Virus record (IMG/VR): IMGVR_UViG_3300021963_009993 | Span: 96,001 to 160,000 of that record | Length of the DNA stretch: 64,000 nt | Source: a virus | Direction: 5' to 3' (one strand) | In this document: piece by piece, positions 9,951-19,125 of the stretch | Layout of the letters: each line of letters starts with the position of its first letter | How positions within the stretch are numbered: position 1 is the stretch's first letter | Notes under the pieces: generated by a model | The model's input: the letters and a program-made list of their open reading frames with translations, nothing else | Databases searched by the model: none | Told to the model about the DNA's origin: nothing | Program-made: the position numbers and the translations under genes

Positions 9951-10843
9951 AAACAGAAAAGATATTTACCAAAAATGTAAAAATCAAAAACATTAGGGGC
10001 GAAGATCAGAATTTTATTCTAAAACAACATAAAACCAACAATGAATATTTTAAAATAGAAGATATTTGGGTTAGAAATTTTCTTAAAAAGAAAGCAATAC
10101 CATTAGATTTGAATAGATTTTTCAAGGAAGAAGAAATCAAGTTGATAATAGACAATGAAATAAAAAATTCAAAAATGAATTTGACAAATCTTTATCAAGA
10201 AAATTTTAATTATGAAAAGGCAATAATAATATCAGACGGTTATGGTTTTGAAAAACATATTGATCTTATTGAATCATTGCCACCAAGAACATGTTTAATA
10301 ACCGTAAACTTGGCAGCCAAGTTATGGAATGCAAAAGTACTTCCCACATTCATGCTAATATCCAATCCCGATTATTCGTGCAAATCTCAAATGCCAATAA
10401 GAGTTTTTCCAAGGTTGTTGGCTAGCAGAAGAACAAACAATGATTTTCTTTCAAATTACAAAAATCTTGTCTATCTTTACGATGTTGTTCCAGATGAATG
10501 GTATCAATCTCCAAATTCAAAAGCATCAGATCTTTTTATTGATGAATACAGAAATCCAATATGTGCTGCTCTTGGTTTGTGTAATTACTTTGGTGTAAAC
10601 AAAATTTTTCTTGGTTATTGTGCTGATGCCTACACAGAGGAACGGGCTGGAACTGTAAAAATACAAGATGGTTTTTACAACTATCCACAACAAAATTTAG
10701 CAAACAAGATAATTGATGCTAGTTTGCTTTGGTATAAATTAGGAGTGCCGGGACTGAAAGTTTTTCACACAGGAGTGGAAAAAGCTTTCAGTTTTTCCCG
10801 GCACTTAGATCAAGAAAACTTCAATAAAGCAATACTACTTTGA
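9947..10843 (+). CDS. DUF115/MptE-like (Maf-type glycosylation-associated) protein
   Basis: AIIISDGYG...LITVN.A...NPICAALGLCNYFGVNKIFLG layout follows DUF115-family motifs. Confidence 0.4.
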   Translation: MKTEKIFTKNVKIKNIRGEDQNFILKQHKTNNEYFKIEDIWVRNFLKKKAIPLDLNRFFKEEEIKLIIDNEIKNSKMNLTNLYQENFNYEKAIIISDGYGFEKHIDLIESLPPRTCLITVNLAAKLWNAKVLPTFMLISNPDYSCKSQMPIRVFPRLLASRRTNNDFLSNYKNLVYLYDVVPDEWYQSPNSKASDLFIDEYRNPICAALGLCNYFGVNKIFLGYCADAYTEERAGTVKIQDGFYNYPQQNLANKIIDASLLWYKLGVPGLKVFHTGVEKAFSFSRHLDQENFNKAILL

Positions 10844-11323
10844 TGGTTTAGCATCCTTTTGTGGCACTACCATTTTGCCTGTTTCTGGACAGCTAAAATC
10901 TTCAATCGCTTTATGATATCCTTGTTCGTAATTACTTTCAGAACTTTCTTTTCCACTAGCTAGCCCTTTGTGAAATGCTGCTTGACTAAGCAAGCTAAGA
11001 AAGCTCATATTGTTTTCCAAGTTTTTCGGATAATTTTCTGCTATTGAGATAATTTTTTCTATTGACTCATCGTCAATATTTTTTTCAGTATTTGAATAAA
11101 TCATCAACATGGCTTCAACCTTGCCATCTTGTTTCCCACTTTCTCTAGCTGATTGTAAATCAGCTAGAGAATAATTTACTTTTTGTTCATTTATCAAATT
11201 TTCGGAAATAGACTCAATGAACAAAATTTTATACTTTTCCTTTTCTTGGTACTGCCAATAAGAAACAACACAGAAAAGAAAAGTAATTATGCCAGCAGTT
11301 ATGCCGAATAACCATGACTTCAT
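10835..11323 (-). CDS. N-terminally membrane-anchored protein with GxxxG helical repeats
   Basis: Hydrophobic residues 4-22; ESGKQDG, HKGLASG and YEQGY repeats. Confidence 0.55.
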   Translation of the reverse strand: MKSWLFGITAGIITFLFCVVSYWQYQEKEKYKILFIESISENLINEQKVNYSLADLQSARESGKQDGKVEAMLMIYSNTEKNIDDESIEKIISIAENYPKNLENNMSFLSLLSQAAFHKGLASGKESSESNYEQGYHKAIEDFSCPETGKMVVPQKDAKPSK

Positions 11324-11334
11324 GTCAGTACTCC

Positions 11335-11856
11335 TTATTTCTTCTCTTGTGCTGGTTTCTCTTCATTCTTTTGACCATCTTCTTGCTTTTTGAGTTGTGA
11401 GTCAATGAACTGCTTGATAGCCCCCTGAACATTATCACCGCTCTTGAAAATGGTGTTGAATGCTTTCATGGTTTCATTTTGTCCAGCCGTGAAACCTTTT
11501 TGATAGCCTTTTTCAAATTCCATTTCGCCAACAAAACTAGTTTGCTCTAATCCCCTACTGTATCCAGAATGCCAAATGTTGCTAATCTGAGATTCAGCTG
11601 GATCAATTTTATGAACCAGAGATAGAATACCCTCTTGATATCCTTGCATTCTTGCCAAGTCTGTGTTTTGTGATTGGATATCATTCATTTTTGTCCACAA
11701 AAGTTCATTAGCCATATCTTCACTAATTTTGCTTCTTTTTTCTGCCACTTCTTGTAGGAACTCAGACTTTTTATTCGTAGTAAATTGAAAATAGTTATAA
11801 CCTATAGATGCTGCTAAAGCTGCACTCATGGTGATGATGGTAAGAAAAGACTTCAT
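11335..11856 (-). CDS. Membrane-anchored protein with GxxxG repeats, likely paralog of 10835-11323
   Basis: Start refined to MKSFLTII at 11856; TM helix; QGYQEG, SGYSRG and KGYQKGFTAG. Confidence 0.55.
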   Translation of the reverse strand: MKSFLTIITMSAALAASIGYNYFQFTTNKKSEFLQEVAEKRSKISEDMANELLWTKMNDIQSQNTDLARMQGYQEGILSLVHKIDPAESQISNIWHSGYSRGLEQTSFVGEMEFEKGYQKGFTAGQNETMKAFNTIFKSGDNVQGAIKQFIDSQLKKQEDGQKNEEKPAQEKK

Positions 11857-11951
11857 GATCTTGCTCCTAGTGTGACTATGCACACATTAAAGTTGGTGGA
11901 TTTCCAAATTCATTTTGCAAAATAACATGAATCAAAATATAGTCAAGCAGA

Positions 11952-12308
11952 TTAGATTTTTTTTATTGGTTGCAACATAATTTTTTGTATTTTTGGCTGA
12001 GGTATTCTAAGCAATTCATTTTTATAATTTAAAAATTTAGGAGCCATATTTATTGGTAAATTTTTATAACCATATTTCCTTAATGTATCACAAAATTCAT
12101 TGAAATCTTTACAATCTTGCACAATTAATTCCCAAAGCATTCTTTGTGGTTGATAAAAATTCTTTAGCTTATGGTAATCTGCATCGGGTAGATTTAATTC
12201 TTCCAGAGAATCAATTCTATGCAAGTATGATTTGGTGCTTGCATTTTCACAAACACCAAGCAATTCTACTGCTGTCTTATCTCTTCTTGCCATAAAAAAA
12301 TACTGCAT
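11952..12308 (-). CDS. Hypothetical protein
   Basis: 118-aa ORF preceded by GAAAGGTTAG. Confidence 0.55.
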   Translation of the reverse strand: MQYFFMARRDKTAVELLGVCENASTKSYLHRIDSLEELNLPDADYHKLKNFYQPQRMLWELIVQDCKDFNEFCDTLRKYGYKNLPINMAPKFLNYKNELLRIPQPKIQKIMLQPIKKI

Positions 12309-12310
12309 TT

Positions 12311-12475
12311 CTAACCTTTCATTTTCTTGGATGACTGAAGAAGAATTTTGAATAATTCTTCTAATAAAATATCTTTTTGAATAGAATTCTCCCCAAGCAT
12401 TTCTATTAAAGAATCAAATGATTCATTAGTTGATTTGATAATTTCCTCTTTACTCGGTGTTTTTATGTCTTCCAT
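12311..12475 (-). CDS. Small 54-aa hypothetical protein, not in the ORF track
   Basis: Translates as MEDIKTPSKEEIIKSTNE...KKMKG*; minus-strand TATAAATA at 12512-12519 upstream; abuts the next minus gene. Confidence 0.5.
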   Translation of the reverse strand: MEDIKTPSKEEIIKSTNESFDSLIEMLGENSIQKDILLEELFKILLQSSKKMKG

Positions 12476-13013
12476 AGAAAATCTTTCGATTATTAAAAAT
12501 AATTTACCTATTATTTATAAGGGATCTGATGTTTGTATGGCAGCCAAATTATTGATATTAAAGAAAAATATTAAAACAAAATACCCAGAACTAAAAATCT
12601 ATTTCGTTTTTGATGAGAAAATTATAAAATATTTAGAGTTAACAAACACCATCTCAATACAGGATTATGAAAAGTATCAAGGAAATTTCGTCAAAGAATG
12701 CATAGTCGATAGTAGTCTGGAAGACTTTTGTGAAAAAAATGACATTGATATGTTTGTTTGTCATTCAAGAATCAACAATTCATTCCAAGATGAAAATATA
12801 ATTGAAACAATTCTTACCAAACATACAAATGATTTTTTCTTAAAAACTATAGATAATGGTGTTGATTCTGTGTTTTTTGGCAGAGAATCTCCAGAAATCA
12901 TAGAAGCAGCGTACATGGGAAACAAGGTGGTTTTGATTGAAAGCGGTTCTGGAACGGTTTCTTTTCAGAAAATGTTTCCAGATACAAGAATAATAAGCGG
13001 CGATAATAGATAA
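12465..13013 (+). CDS. Hypothetical protein, possibly degenerate GT9-like
   Basis: GSDVCMAAKLL.LKKNIKTKYPELKI resembles the GT9 N-terminus; start uncertain. Confidence 0.35.
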   Translation: MSSIENLSIIKNNLPIIYKGSDVCMAAKLLILKKNIKTKYPELKIYFVFDEKIIKYLELTNTISIQDYEKYQGNFVKECIVDSSLEDFCEKNDIDMFVCHSRINNSFQDENIIETILTKHTNDFFLKTIDNGVDSVFFGRESPEIIEAAYMGNKVVLIESGSGTVSFQKMFPDTRIISGDNR

Positions 13014-13035
13014 GTATAAGACAATATTAAAGGAG

Positions 13036-13596
13036 ATGCCGATGAGTGTGTTCAAAGTAGTATTAAACAACAAATATATGGGTCAACTTGATATTGACCC
13101 ACGAACAGGTGCCCAAGAGGTTCCATCCATTCAACGCACCATGTTTGCGCCCGGACCACACGGTACTTTCCGTGAAATTGCCGATGGCACAACATTCACC
13201 GATTGTAATTACTGGAAAACATACGCTTATCCAGCACTACCCCATGACCAAGCTTTTATACAAGTGCTTGTAGATGATGGTAGTATTTGGACTCCAAACG
13301 ATGAATTTAACACAGTTCCAACGGTAAATACAGGAACAATAGCAGCAGCAGGTTCTGTAACTATTGACTATACCTTGAACGGTGGAAGCTATGCTGTTTT
13401 CACACAGATAAGCAACACAGGCAGCAATCCCATGACAGTCGTACTAAATGGTTCATCCGCTCCATTTACCTTGGCTGGTGGTAATACTCAGGTTTTCAAC
13501 AAGGGAGACTTGAATATTTCAGCAATCACACTTGCATCTACTCTAGGAACAACCTACACAGTAATCGCAGGTACTACAGCTGTTTGCTACACCTAA
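13036..13596 (+). CDS. Putative virion structural protein
   Basis: AAGGAG RBS; Thr/Gly/Ala-rich beta-sandwich-like C-terminus; followed by a terminator. Confidence 0.45.
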   Translation: MPMSVFKVVLNNKYMGQLDIDPRTGAQEVPSIQRTMFAPGPHGTFREIADGTTFTDCNYWKTYAYPALPHDQAFIQVLVDDGSIWTPNDEFNTVPTVNTGTIAAAGSVTIDYTLNGGSYAVFTQISNTGSNPMTVVLNGSSAPFTLAGGNTQVFNKGDLNISAITLASTLGTTYTVIAGTTAVCYT

Positions 13597-13620
13597 CAAA
13601 AAATTCAAAATATAAATCGA

Positions 13621-13652
13621 AAGAGGGGAAGAAAATTCTTCCCCTCTTTTTC
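13621..13652 (+). terminator. Intrinsic terminator
   Basis: Inverted repeat AAGAGGGGAAGAA / TTCTTCCCCTCTT followed by a T-run. Confidence 0.8.
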
Positions 13653-13661
13653 TTTTAAATT

Positions 13662-14615
13662 ATGAAGTTTTTCAATCCTGTGATTCATAATAAGAATGTC
13701 TCTATTAAAGATTTTTATGAAATAAAAAACAAAATATGCATTGTTAGATCCAGCGGAGGTCTTGGAGATATCGTTAATATGAGAATGATATTTCAAGATC
13801 TAAAATTAAAATACCCACAGTTTCATGTAACATGGGCTATTCCACATGGCTATAAGGATGCAGGGGCAAACCATCCATATGTTGATAATTTAATTGACTA
13901 TCAAAGCATAAATCTCAAAGAATATCTAAAAATTTATAATTTAACAAATGCTTGTACAAAATATGAATGGAGATTGGGAAAAGACAATGACAAGAATAGG
14001 GCAGACATATGGGCGAATCATGTAGGATACAACTTAGATCATGCAAATACATTTATGCCTAATTATGATTGTTATTTTACAAATATAAGAAAAAAACTTC
14101 TAAAACTTGGATGGAATGGTGATAAAAAAATAATTGCTTTGGCACCCAAATCAGCTTTGGCTACTAAAAACCTAACTTTTGAAATTTGCAAGAAAATAAA
14201 AAACCTTACTGAAAGATATTTTGTTTTTGCAATACACAACGCACCAATAATAGAAATGTCAGAACTGAAAATACCAGTTTTCTGCGGGGACACTCTAGCT
14301 GAAAGTATGGCATCAATACAGATGTCTGATGGTGTAATTACAACAGATACTGGCCATATGCATATTGCCGGTGGATATGGAAAACCAACTATGGCTATAT
14401 TTTGTTACACAAATGGGAAGATAATAACAAAACATTATCCAAGTGTTCATGTTGTTCAAAAACATTTTGATGAATTCCCTGAATGGTGTGGTCCATGCAA
14501 CAATTCAAATAACTGTCACAAAACAAAACTAATACCTAAACCTTGTATGGAAGAAATAACAGAGGAAATGTTGTACAATTGCTGGGAAAATGTCGAAAAA
14601 TTACTAAATATATAA
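13662..14615 (+). CDS. Glycosyltransferase family 9 (heptosyltransferase-like)
   Basis: GGLGDIV...LKLKYP and SDGVITTDTGHMHIAGGYGKPTMAIF are GT9 hallmarks. Confidence 0.85.
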   Translation: MKFFNPVIHNKNVSIKDFYEIKNKICIVRSSGGLGDIVNMRMIFQDLKLKYPQFHVTWAIPHGYKDAGANHPYVDNLIDYQSINLKEYLKIYNLTNACTKYEWRLGKDNDKNRADIWANHVGYNLDHANTFMPNYDCYFTNIRKKLLKLGWNGDKKIIALAPKSALATKNLTFEICKKIKNLTERYFVFAIHNAPIIEMSELKIPVFCGDTLAESMASIQMSDGVITTDTGHMHIAGGYGKPTMAIFCYTNGKIITKHYPSVHVVQKHFDEFPEWCGPCNNSNNCHKTKLIPKPCMEEITEEMLYNCWENVEKLLNI

Positions 14616-14617
14616 GT

Positions 14618-14860
14618 ATGGCAAACTTGATACAACCAAGCCAAGTAAAAGTAGTAACAAATAATGGCGAAGTAACAGTTCATTTGACGATTGATTTAAA
14701 TCTCAATTTAAATCAAAACGGCAGTATTGGTGTTTCAGAAGATAGTAGTGACAGGCAGGTCACTAGTTTTTCAAAACCAAAGAAAAAAGATGATGATGAC
14801 AAGGTGATGTGGGAAGTACCTGATTTCAAACCGTCAGAAAAACTAAAATTTGGTAAATAA
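14618..14860 (+). CDS. Small hypothetical protein upstream of the actin-like gene
   Basis: Start refined to MANLIQPSQ at 14618 after CTAAATA; 80 aa. Confidence 0.6.
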   Translation: MANLIQPSQVKVVTNNGEVTVHLTIDLNLNLNQNGSIGVSEDSSDRQVTSFSKPKKKDDDDKVMWEVPDFKPSEKLKFGK

Positions 14861-14914
14861 ACTTTGCATAACTACTATAAAGTAAGGAATAAAAATAATA
14901 AGAGGAGTGAAAAA

Positions 14915-15922
14915 ATGTCTAATATAGGATTCGACTTTGGTACTTACAATTTAGTTTCTTGCAAAAGAAGCGATGACAAAAAATTCTCTTACAAAAGAGA
15001 AATCAATGCTTTCTTGGATCTACCTCTTGAGAATCGCTTTGTTTTTAACATGATGAAGACAGCTGGGGTTCCTTTAATTGAACGAGAAAATGTAGCATAC
15101 GCACTTGGAGAAAGTGCTGTAAACATGGCCTATACTTTGCCAACATTAGAATTAAAGCGTCCCATGAAAGATGGTTGTGTAAACCCAAAAGAAAAAGATG
15201 CATTTCAAATCATGAGCATCATGGCACATAGTTTGATTGATCCAATTGAAAAGGATGGAGCAAATCTTTATTACAGCGTTCCAGCCAATGCAATTAATCA
15301 AGAAACAGATGCTGATTATCACAACAAAGTTTTGGAAGCCATATTCAGGGGCTATGAATCAGACGAGGGCTACAAAGTAAATCCCAAGCCCGTAAACGAA
15401 GCTCTAGCCCTCGTATATGCAGAACTTCAAAAGAAGGCATTTACTGGCATCGGTGTTAGCTGTGGTGCAGGCATGGTAAATGTTTGTTACGCCATGTATG
15501 GAAATCCAATATTCCAATTTGCAATAGTTAACTCTGGTGACTGGATTGACAAGCAAGCTGCTAAAGCAACAGGCGAAAGCCCAACATTCATTAACAAAGA
15601 AAAGACCAAGGTTGATTTGGGTGCTGCTCCTACAAACTTAGTTGAGAGAGCAATAATAACTCAGTATAGATTGATGATTGAGAAGACAATTCAAGGAATT
15701 AAAGAAGGATTAGCTACTTCCAAAAAAGCGATTAAATCAGAACATCCAGTTGACTTTATAGTTGCTGGTGGTACTGCAAGTGCCAAAGGTTTTACCGAAA
15801 TTTTCAGCGAAACTTTAAAATCAGCTGAATTATCGATTCCTGTTGGAGATGTTATTCGCCCAGCAGATCCACTTTACTCCGTAGCCAGAGGCTGCCTAAT
15901 AGCTGCCGAAGCCGCAAATTGA
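14915..15922 (+). CDS. Actin-like ATPase, volactin (VolA)-like
   Basis: Phosphate-1 GFDFGTYN, connect NEALA, phosphate-2 GVSCGAG, adenosine VAGGTAS and YSVARG; AGAGGAG RBS before ATG 14915. Confidence 0.8.
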   Translation: MSNIGFDFGTYNLVSCKRSDDKKFSYKREINAFLDLPLENRFVFNMMKTAGVPLIERENVAYALGESAVNMAYTLPTLELKRPMKDGCVNPKEKDAFQIMSIMAHSLIDPIEKDGANLYYSVPANAINQETDADYHNKVLEAIFRGYESDEGYKVNPKPVNEALALVYAELQKKAFTGIGVSCGAGMVNVCYAMYGNPIFQFAIVNSGDWIDKQAAKATGESPTFINKEKTKVDLGAAPTNLVERAIITQYRLMIEKTIQGIKEGLATSKKAIKSEHPVDFIVAGGTASAKGFTEIFSETLKSAELSIPVGDVIRPADPLYSVARGCLIAAEAAN

Positions 15923-15933
15923 AAGGATGAAGG

Positions 15934-16392
15934 ATGTCTTCTAAAGAAATTGTGCAGAAAAATATACAAGACTTGGGTGTGGCTGCGTACATCTTAATGC
16001 ATTCATATCCACTTGCTGGAAGAAAAGATAGAACTTTTATTTTCAGCGTTGAAAAATCAAAACTTATGGAATTTGAAGATCTTAAAACAGCATACCTTTT
16101 TAGTGAATTTCATTATTTTGATCATTGCTTAATGGGTCTTAAAAAACTTGAAGAATATCCTTTTGGAATAAATTCAAACAAATTTGTTACAGATCTTGGA
16201 GCAGCAGCCTTCATTTTGATGCACAAATTCAAATTAATAGGCAAAAAAGGAAGAGCTTTTTATTTTGATATGTCAAGCAAAGATGAAGAAAATCAATTTG
16301 ATGATTTGAATTTACAATATGCAAGTTCTGAATTCCATGACTTTGACTCTAAATTGATGTCACTCAAAAAAATAAATGAATTTATAAGATGA
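15934..16392 (+). CDS. Tandem DUF5659-like domain protein
   Basis: Two internal repeats: DLGVAAYILMHSY.L.G.K.R.F.F and DLGAAAFILMHKF.L.GKK.R.F.F, each ending SEFH.FD..LM.LKK. Confidence 0.65.
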   Translation: MSSKEIVQKNIQDLGVAAYILMHSYPLAGRKDRTFIFSVEKSKLMEFEDLKTAYLFSEFHYFDHCLMGLKKLEEYPFGINSNKFVTDLGAAAFILMHKFKLIGKKGRAFYFDMSSKDEENQFDDLNLQYASSEFHDFDSKLMSLKKINEFIR

Positions 16393-16395
16393 AAA

Positions 16396-16403
16396 TGTAA
16401 ATA
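16396..16403 (+). promoter_or_regulatory. Late promoter-like TGTAAATA
   Basis: 4 nt before ATG 16408, with no SD sequence between them. Confidence 0.5.
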
Positions 16404-16407
16404 ATAT

Positions 16408-17727
16408 ATGCAAAAAATAAAAAGCCTAAAACAATATTTAAGTGAAGAATCTGCTGGTGCTGCAAGTCCAGCAGCACCAGCAGTTGTTTCAAATGAAAAA
16501 ATCAAACAGCTTTCTGAGCTTATATCAAAATTTTTAACTAGACATGTTGATAATCTAAAAAGGGAACTTTTAACTGGTCAGTATCAGAAACAAGGATTCT
16601 TTAGTTCTTTAAATAATTGGTGGAATAACCTAATCTATGGAAGTAGAAATAAAAAGAATCCTTACTATTACCAGAATGTTTTTGGCAGACTTGGAGTAAA
16701 AGAAAGCGTCATTCCAACGCTTGCTGAATATCAGTATCTTGAAAAACAAGCTTTGATTTTAGAACAGGAAGTTGCTGCTGGCACCAAGCTTGAAAAAATA
16801 CTCGATGCATGGTCTAAAACATTCAAAGTTGGTTTAGAGGAAATAATCTACGGTTGTATAGCAAAAGGTAATTGTGAATTAAGCGATCTTAGTCCACAAG
16901 AACTTGAAGCAAAGACAGTAGAAAGACTCAATACGGATAAATCTGTGGAAGATCATGGTGAAGAAGAAACTCCACCAGTTGATACTAGCACAACCACAAC
17001 GACAACGACACCTGTTCCTTTGCCAATTCCACCAGCAGAAGTTTTAGATATTGACTTGTCAAAAAGAAACGAAGTCAGGAAACACAAAGCTCTGATAGAT
17101 AATTGGTTCAGACCTTGGATGGCTTTAGATAAAAGACAACAAAATAGACTTAACAAAGAACAAAACGGTGACTTGTTTGTTGATAGTCCAATGGCACATG
17201 AAAAGATTGGTTACTTTGATATACAATTACCTTTGATGCTCTTGAAAAAAGATCCAAGATATCAGACAATACAAGAACATTTTCCAAATTATCTACAAAA
17301 AATGATTGCTGAGAATAGAGCGCAAAGTCCTACAGAAACCGATGAACAAGCTATTATGAGAGGACTAATAAGATATTCAGATTTCAATTTGCAAATAGCA
17401 AAGAATAAAAACATTTATGGAAGCGAAGTCTACAATATCATTCAAAGAGATCCTGCAATATATGAATATATTAAAAGCAATATAGATAGACTTAAATATT
17501 TTAATTCTAATTTAGATGATATAGAAAATGGAAAATACGACAGAGAAATGTTACAAGACTTTATTGATACATTAAAAAACAAAAAGATTGATGAATTACT
17601 TGGATTAACTGAAAGTAAAAAAGCCCTAAAATCTTTGAGAGATTATAATCATATATCTTTTGATGATACATCAACACTTTACGAAAGAACCTTGGTTTGT
17701 TTAGAAAAAATAAGATCAAGAGATTAA
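16408..17727 (+). CDS. Hypothetical protein with capsid-targeting-like N-terminus
   Basis: MQKIKSLKQYLSEE N-terminus; internal poly-Thr linker. Confidence 0.55.
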   Translation: MQKIKSLKQYLSEESAGAASPAAPAVVSNEKIKQLSELISKFLTRHVDNLKRELLTGQYQKQGFFSSLNNWWNNLIYGSRNKKNPYYYQNVFGRLGVKESVIPTLAEYQYLEKQALILEQEVAAGTKLEKILDAWSKTFKVGLEEIIYGCIAKGNCELSDLSPQELEAKTVERLNTDKSVEDHGEEETPPVDTSTTTTTTTPVPLPIPPAEVLDIDLSKRNEVRKHKALIDNWFRPWMALDKRQQNRLNKEQNGDLFVDSPMAHEKIGYFDIQLPLMLLKKDPRYQTIQEHFPNYLQKMIAENRAQSPTETDEQAIMRGLIRYSDFNLQIAKNKNIYGSEVYNIIQRDPAIYEYIKSNIDRLKYFNSNLDDIENGKYDREMLQDFIDTLKNKKIDELLGLTESKKALKSLRDYNHISFDDTSTLYERTLVCLEKIRSRD

Positions 17728-18105
17728 GTTTTTAAAATCGTCCAAACTTTTCGGATGCTGCAATGGTGTTGAAACCTCATGTTGTGCTTTCACAATTTTT
17801 TCTACATCTATTGGATTTTGATCTTCTGACTTATGGACAAATTGCTCTTCAGCAATTAAATTTATAAAATTATAAAATATAAAATTCTTTTGTTTTGTTG
17901 CTGGGTGTTCATACCATATTCCAGCCTCATCTACATCAATTATTTTTCCAACAAAATAATCAACCAATTGTTTCTCTTCAAAATTTCTGTTTATTGGGCC
18001 TGTGAAAAAGGTAACGATCTTGTTTTTGAAATATTCTAAGTTTCTTCTTTGCTGACCACTAACCATATGAATACTCACTTTCGTAGCTGGATTCGTTACT
18101 ATCAA
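17716..18105 (-). CDS. Hypothetical protein, possible Sm/SH3-like barrel
   Basis: FVGKIIDVDEAGIWYE...FIFYNFINLIAEE; the true start may be 18066. Confidence 0.4.
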   Translation of the reverse strand: MIVTNPATKVSIHMVSGQQRRNLEYFKNKIVTFFTGPINRNFEEKQLVDYFVGKIIDVDEAGIWYEHPATKQKNFIFYNFINLIAEEQFVHKSEDQNPIDVEKIVKAQHEVSTPLQHPKSLDDFKNLIS

Positions 18106-19072
18106 TATAACCCCTTATTATTTGAGTATCATGGTGAATTAAAAATTCATTCCAATCCTTCACTATGGATGGAGGTCTGACAAATGTTATTCTGTTAGAT
18201 GTGCCTAACTCAGAAAAAGAATTAAGCTTTTCAACCATCTTCGATATTGCACTTTGACCAGCTTCATCAGCATCTAATGCCATGCATACTTTGTACTTGG
18301 ATAGCAAGATTGCCTGTTTGTCACTAAGATTTTTTCCTCCACATGCAACTGAGTTCAAACCAACTTTTTTCAAAGACATAGCATCAAATTCGCCTTCACA
18401 AAGATATATTTTTTCTCCTTTGCTTGGCCATTTTGTGAAATAAAGAACATCTTCTTTTCCTACACCTATGTCTTTTTCCGGGCCTCTATAACGCAATTCG
18501 CTACCAACTATGCTTCTGCCGTTGAAGTAAATTAAATTTCCTTCCTCGTCATAATAAGGAATTATTATTCTGCCCGAATATTTACCACCCAAACAAATGT
18601 ACAATTCACTTATGTCTAGATTTCTGCTAGCCATATAATTCTTGGCTCTTTGATACCACATTTCTGGGGCTAATGATATCGACATGGTGTGTGGTGGAAG
18701 ATTTATTGTTTTAAATTTGGCTGATTCATAAAGCTCTTCAGCTGTAATTGTTCTCTCTCCGAATTCTAATTCCAACTCATCTTCTATAGGTCTGCCACCC
18801 GATCTTTTAATGCCTAAAATCTGCATCGCTTCATTTTTACTACATTTGTCCACATGCATCACTAAGCCAAGCAGAGTGCCCTTTTTTTCGCTTTTAAAAC
18901 AATGATAAACACCAGAATTTATCTTCCTTTTGCCACCTTCTGGATTACACCAAAGGTGATTTTTCTGGTCTTCTGTAAAGACTGAATTTATGCGTACTTC
19001 TTTGCCATTAATTTTGACATTATCAAATCTTTTTTCTGCCCAATCAACAAACATATCAAAATCAACAGGCAT
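18059..19072 (-). CDS. DNA primase (DnaG/T4 gp61-like)
   Basis: N-terminal Zn-binding remnant (HLWCNP...YHCF) and TOPRIM motifs YLCEGEFDA and LDADEAG. Confidence 0.85.
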   Translation of the reverse strand: MPVDFDMFVDWAEKRFDNVKINGKEVRINSVFTEDQKNHLWCNPEGGKRKINSGVYHCFKSEKKGTLLGLVMHVDKCSKNEAMQILGIKRSGGRPIEDELELEFGERTITAEELYESAKFKTINLPPHTMSISLAPEMWYQRAKNYMASRNLDISELYICLGGKYSGRIIIPYYDEEGNLIYFNGRSIVGSELRYRGPEKDIGVGKEDVLYFTKWPSKGEKIYLCEGEFDAMSLKKVGLNSVACGGKNLSDKQAILLSKYKVCMALDADEAGQSAISKMVEKLNSFSELGTSNRITFVRPPSIVKDWNEFLIHHDTQIIRGYIDSNESSYESEYSYG

Positions 19073-19125
19073 GTTTCTTCTCCCACTCTCATTTCAGAAT
19101 AAAACAAACTATAATAAAAATAGCT

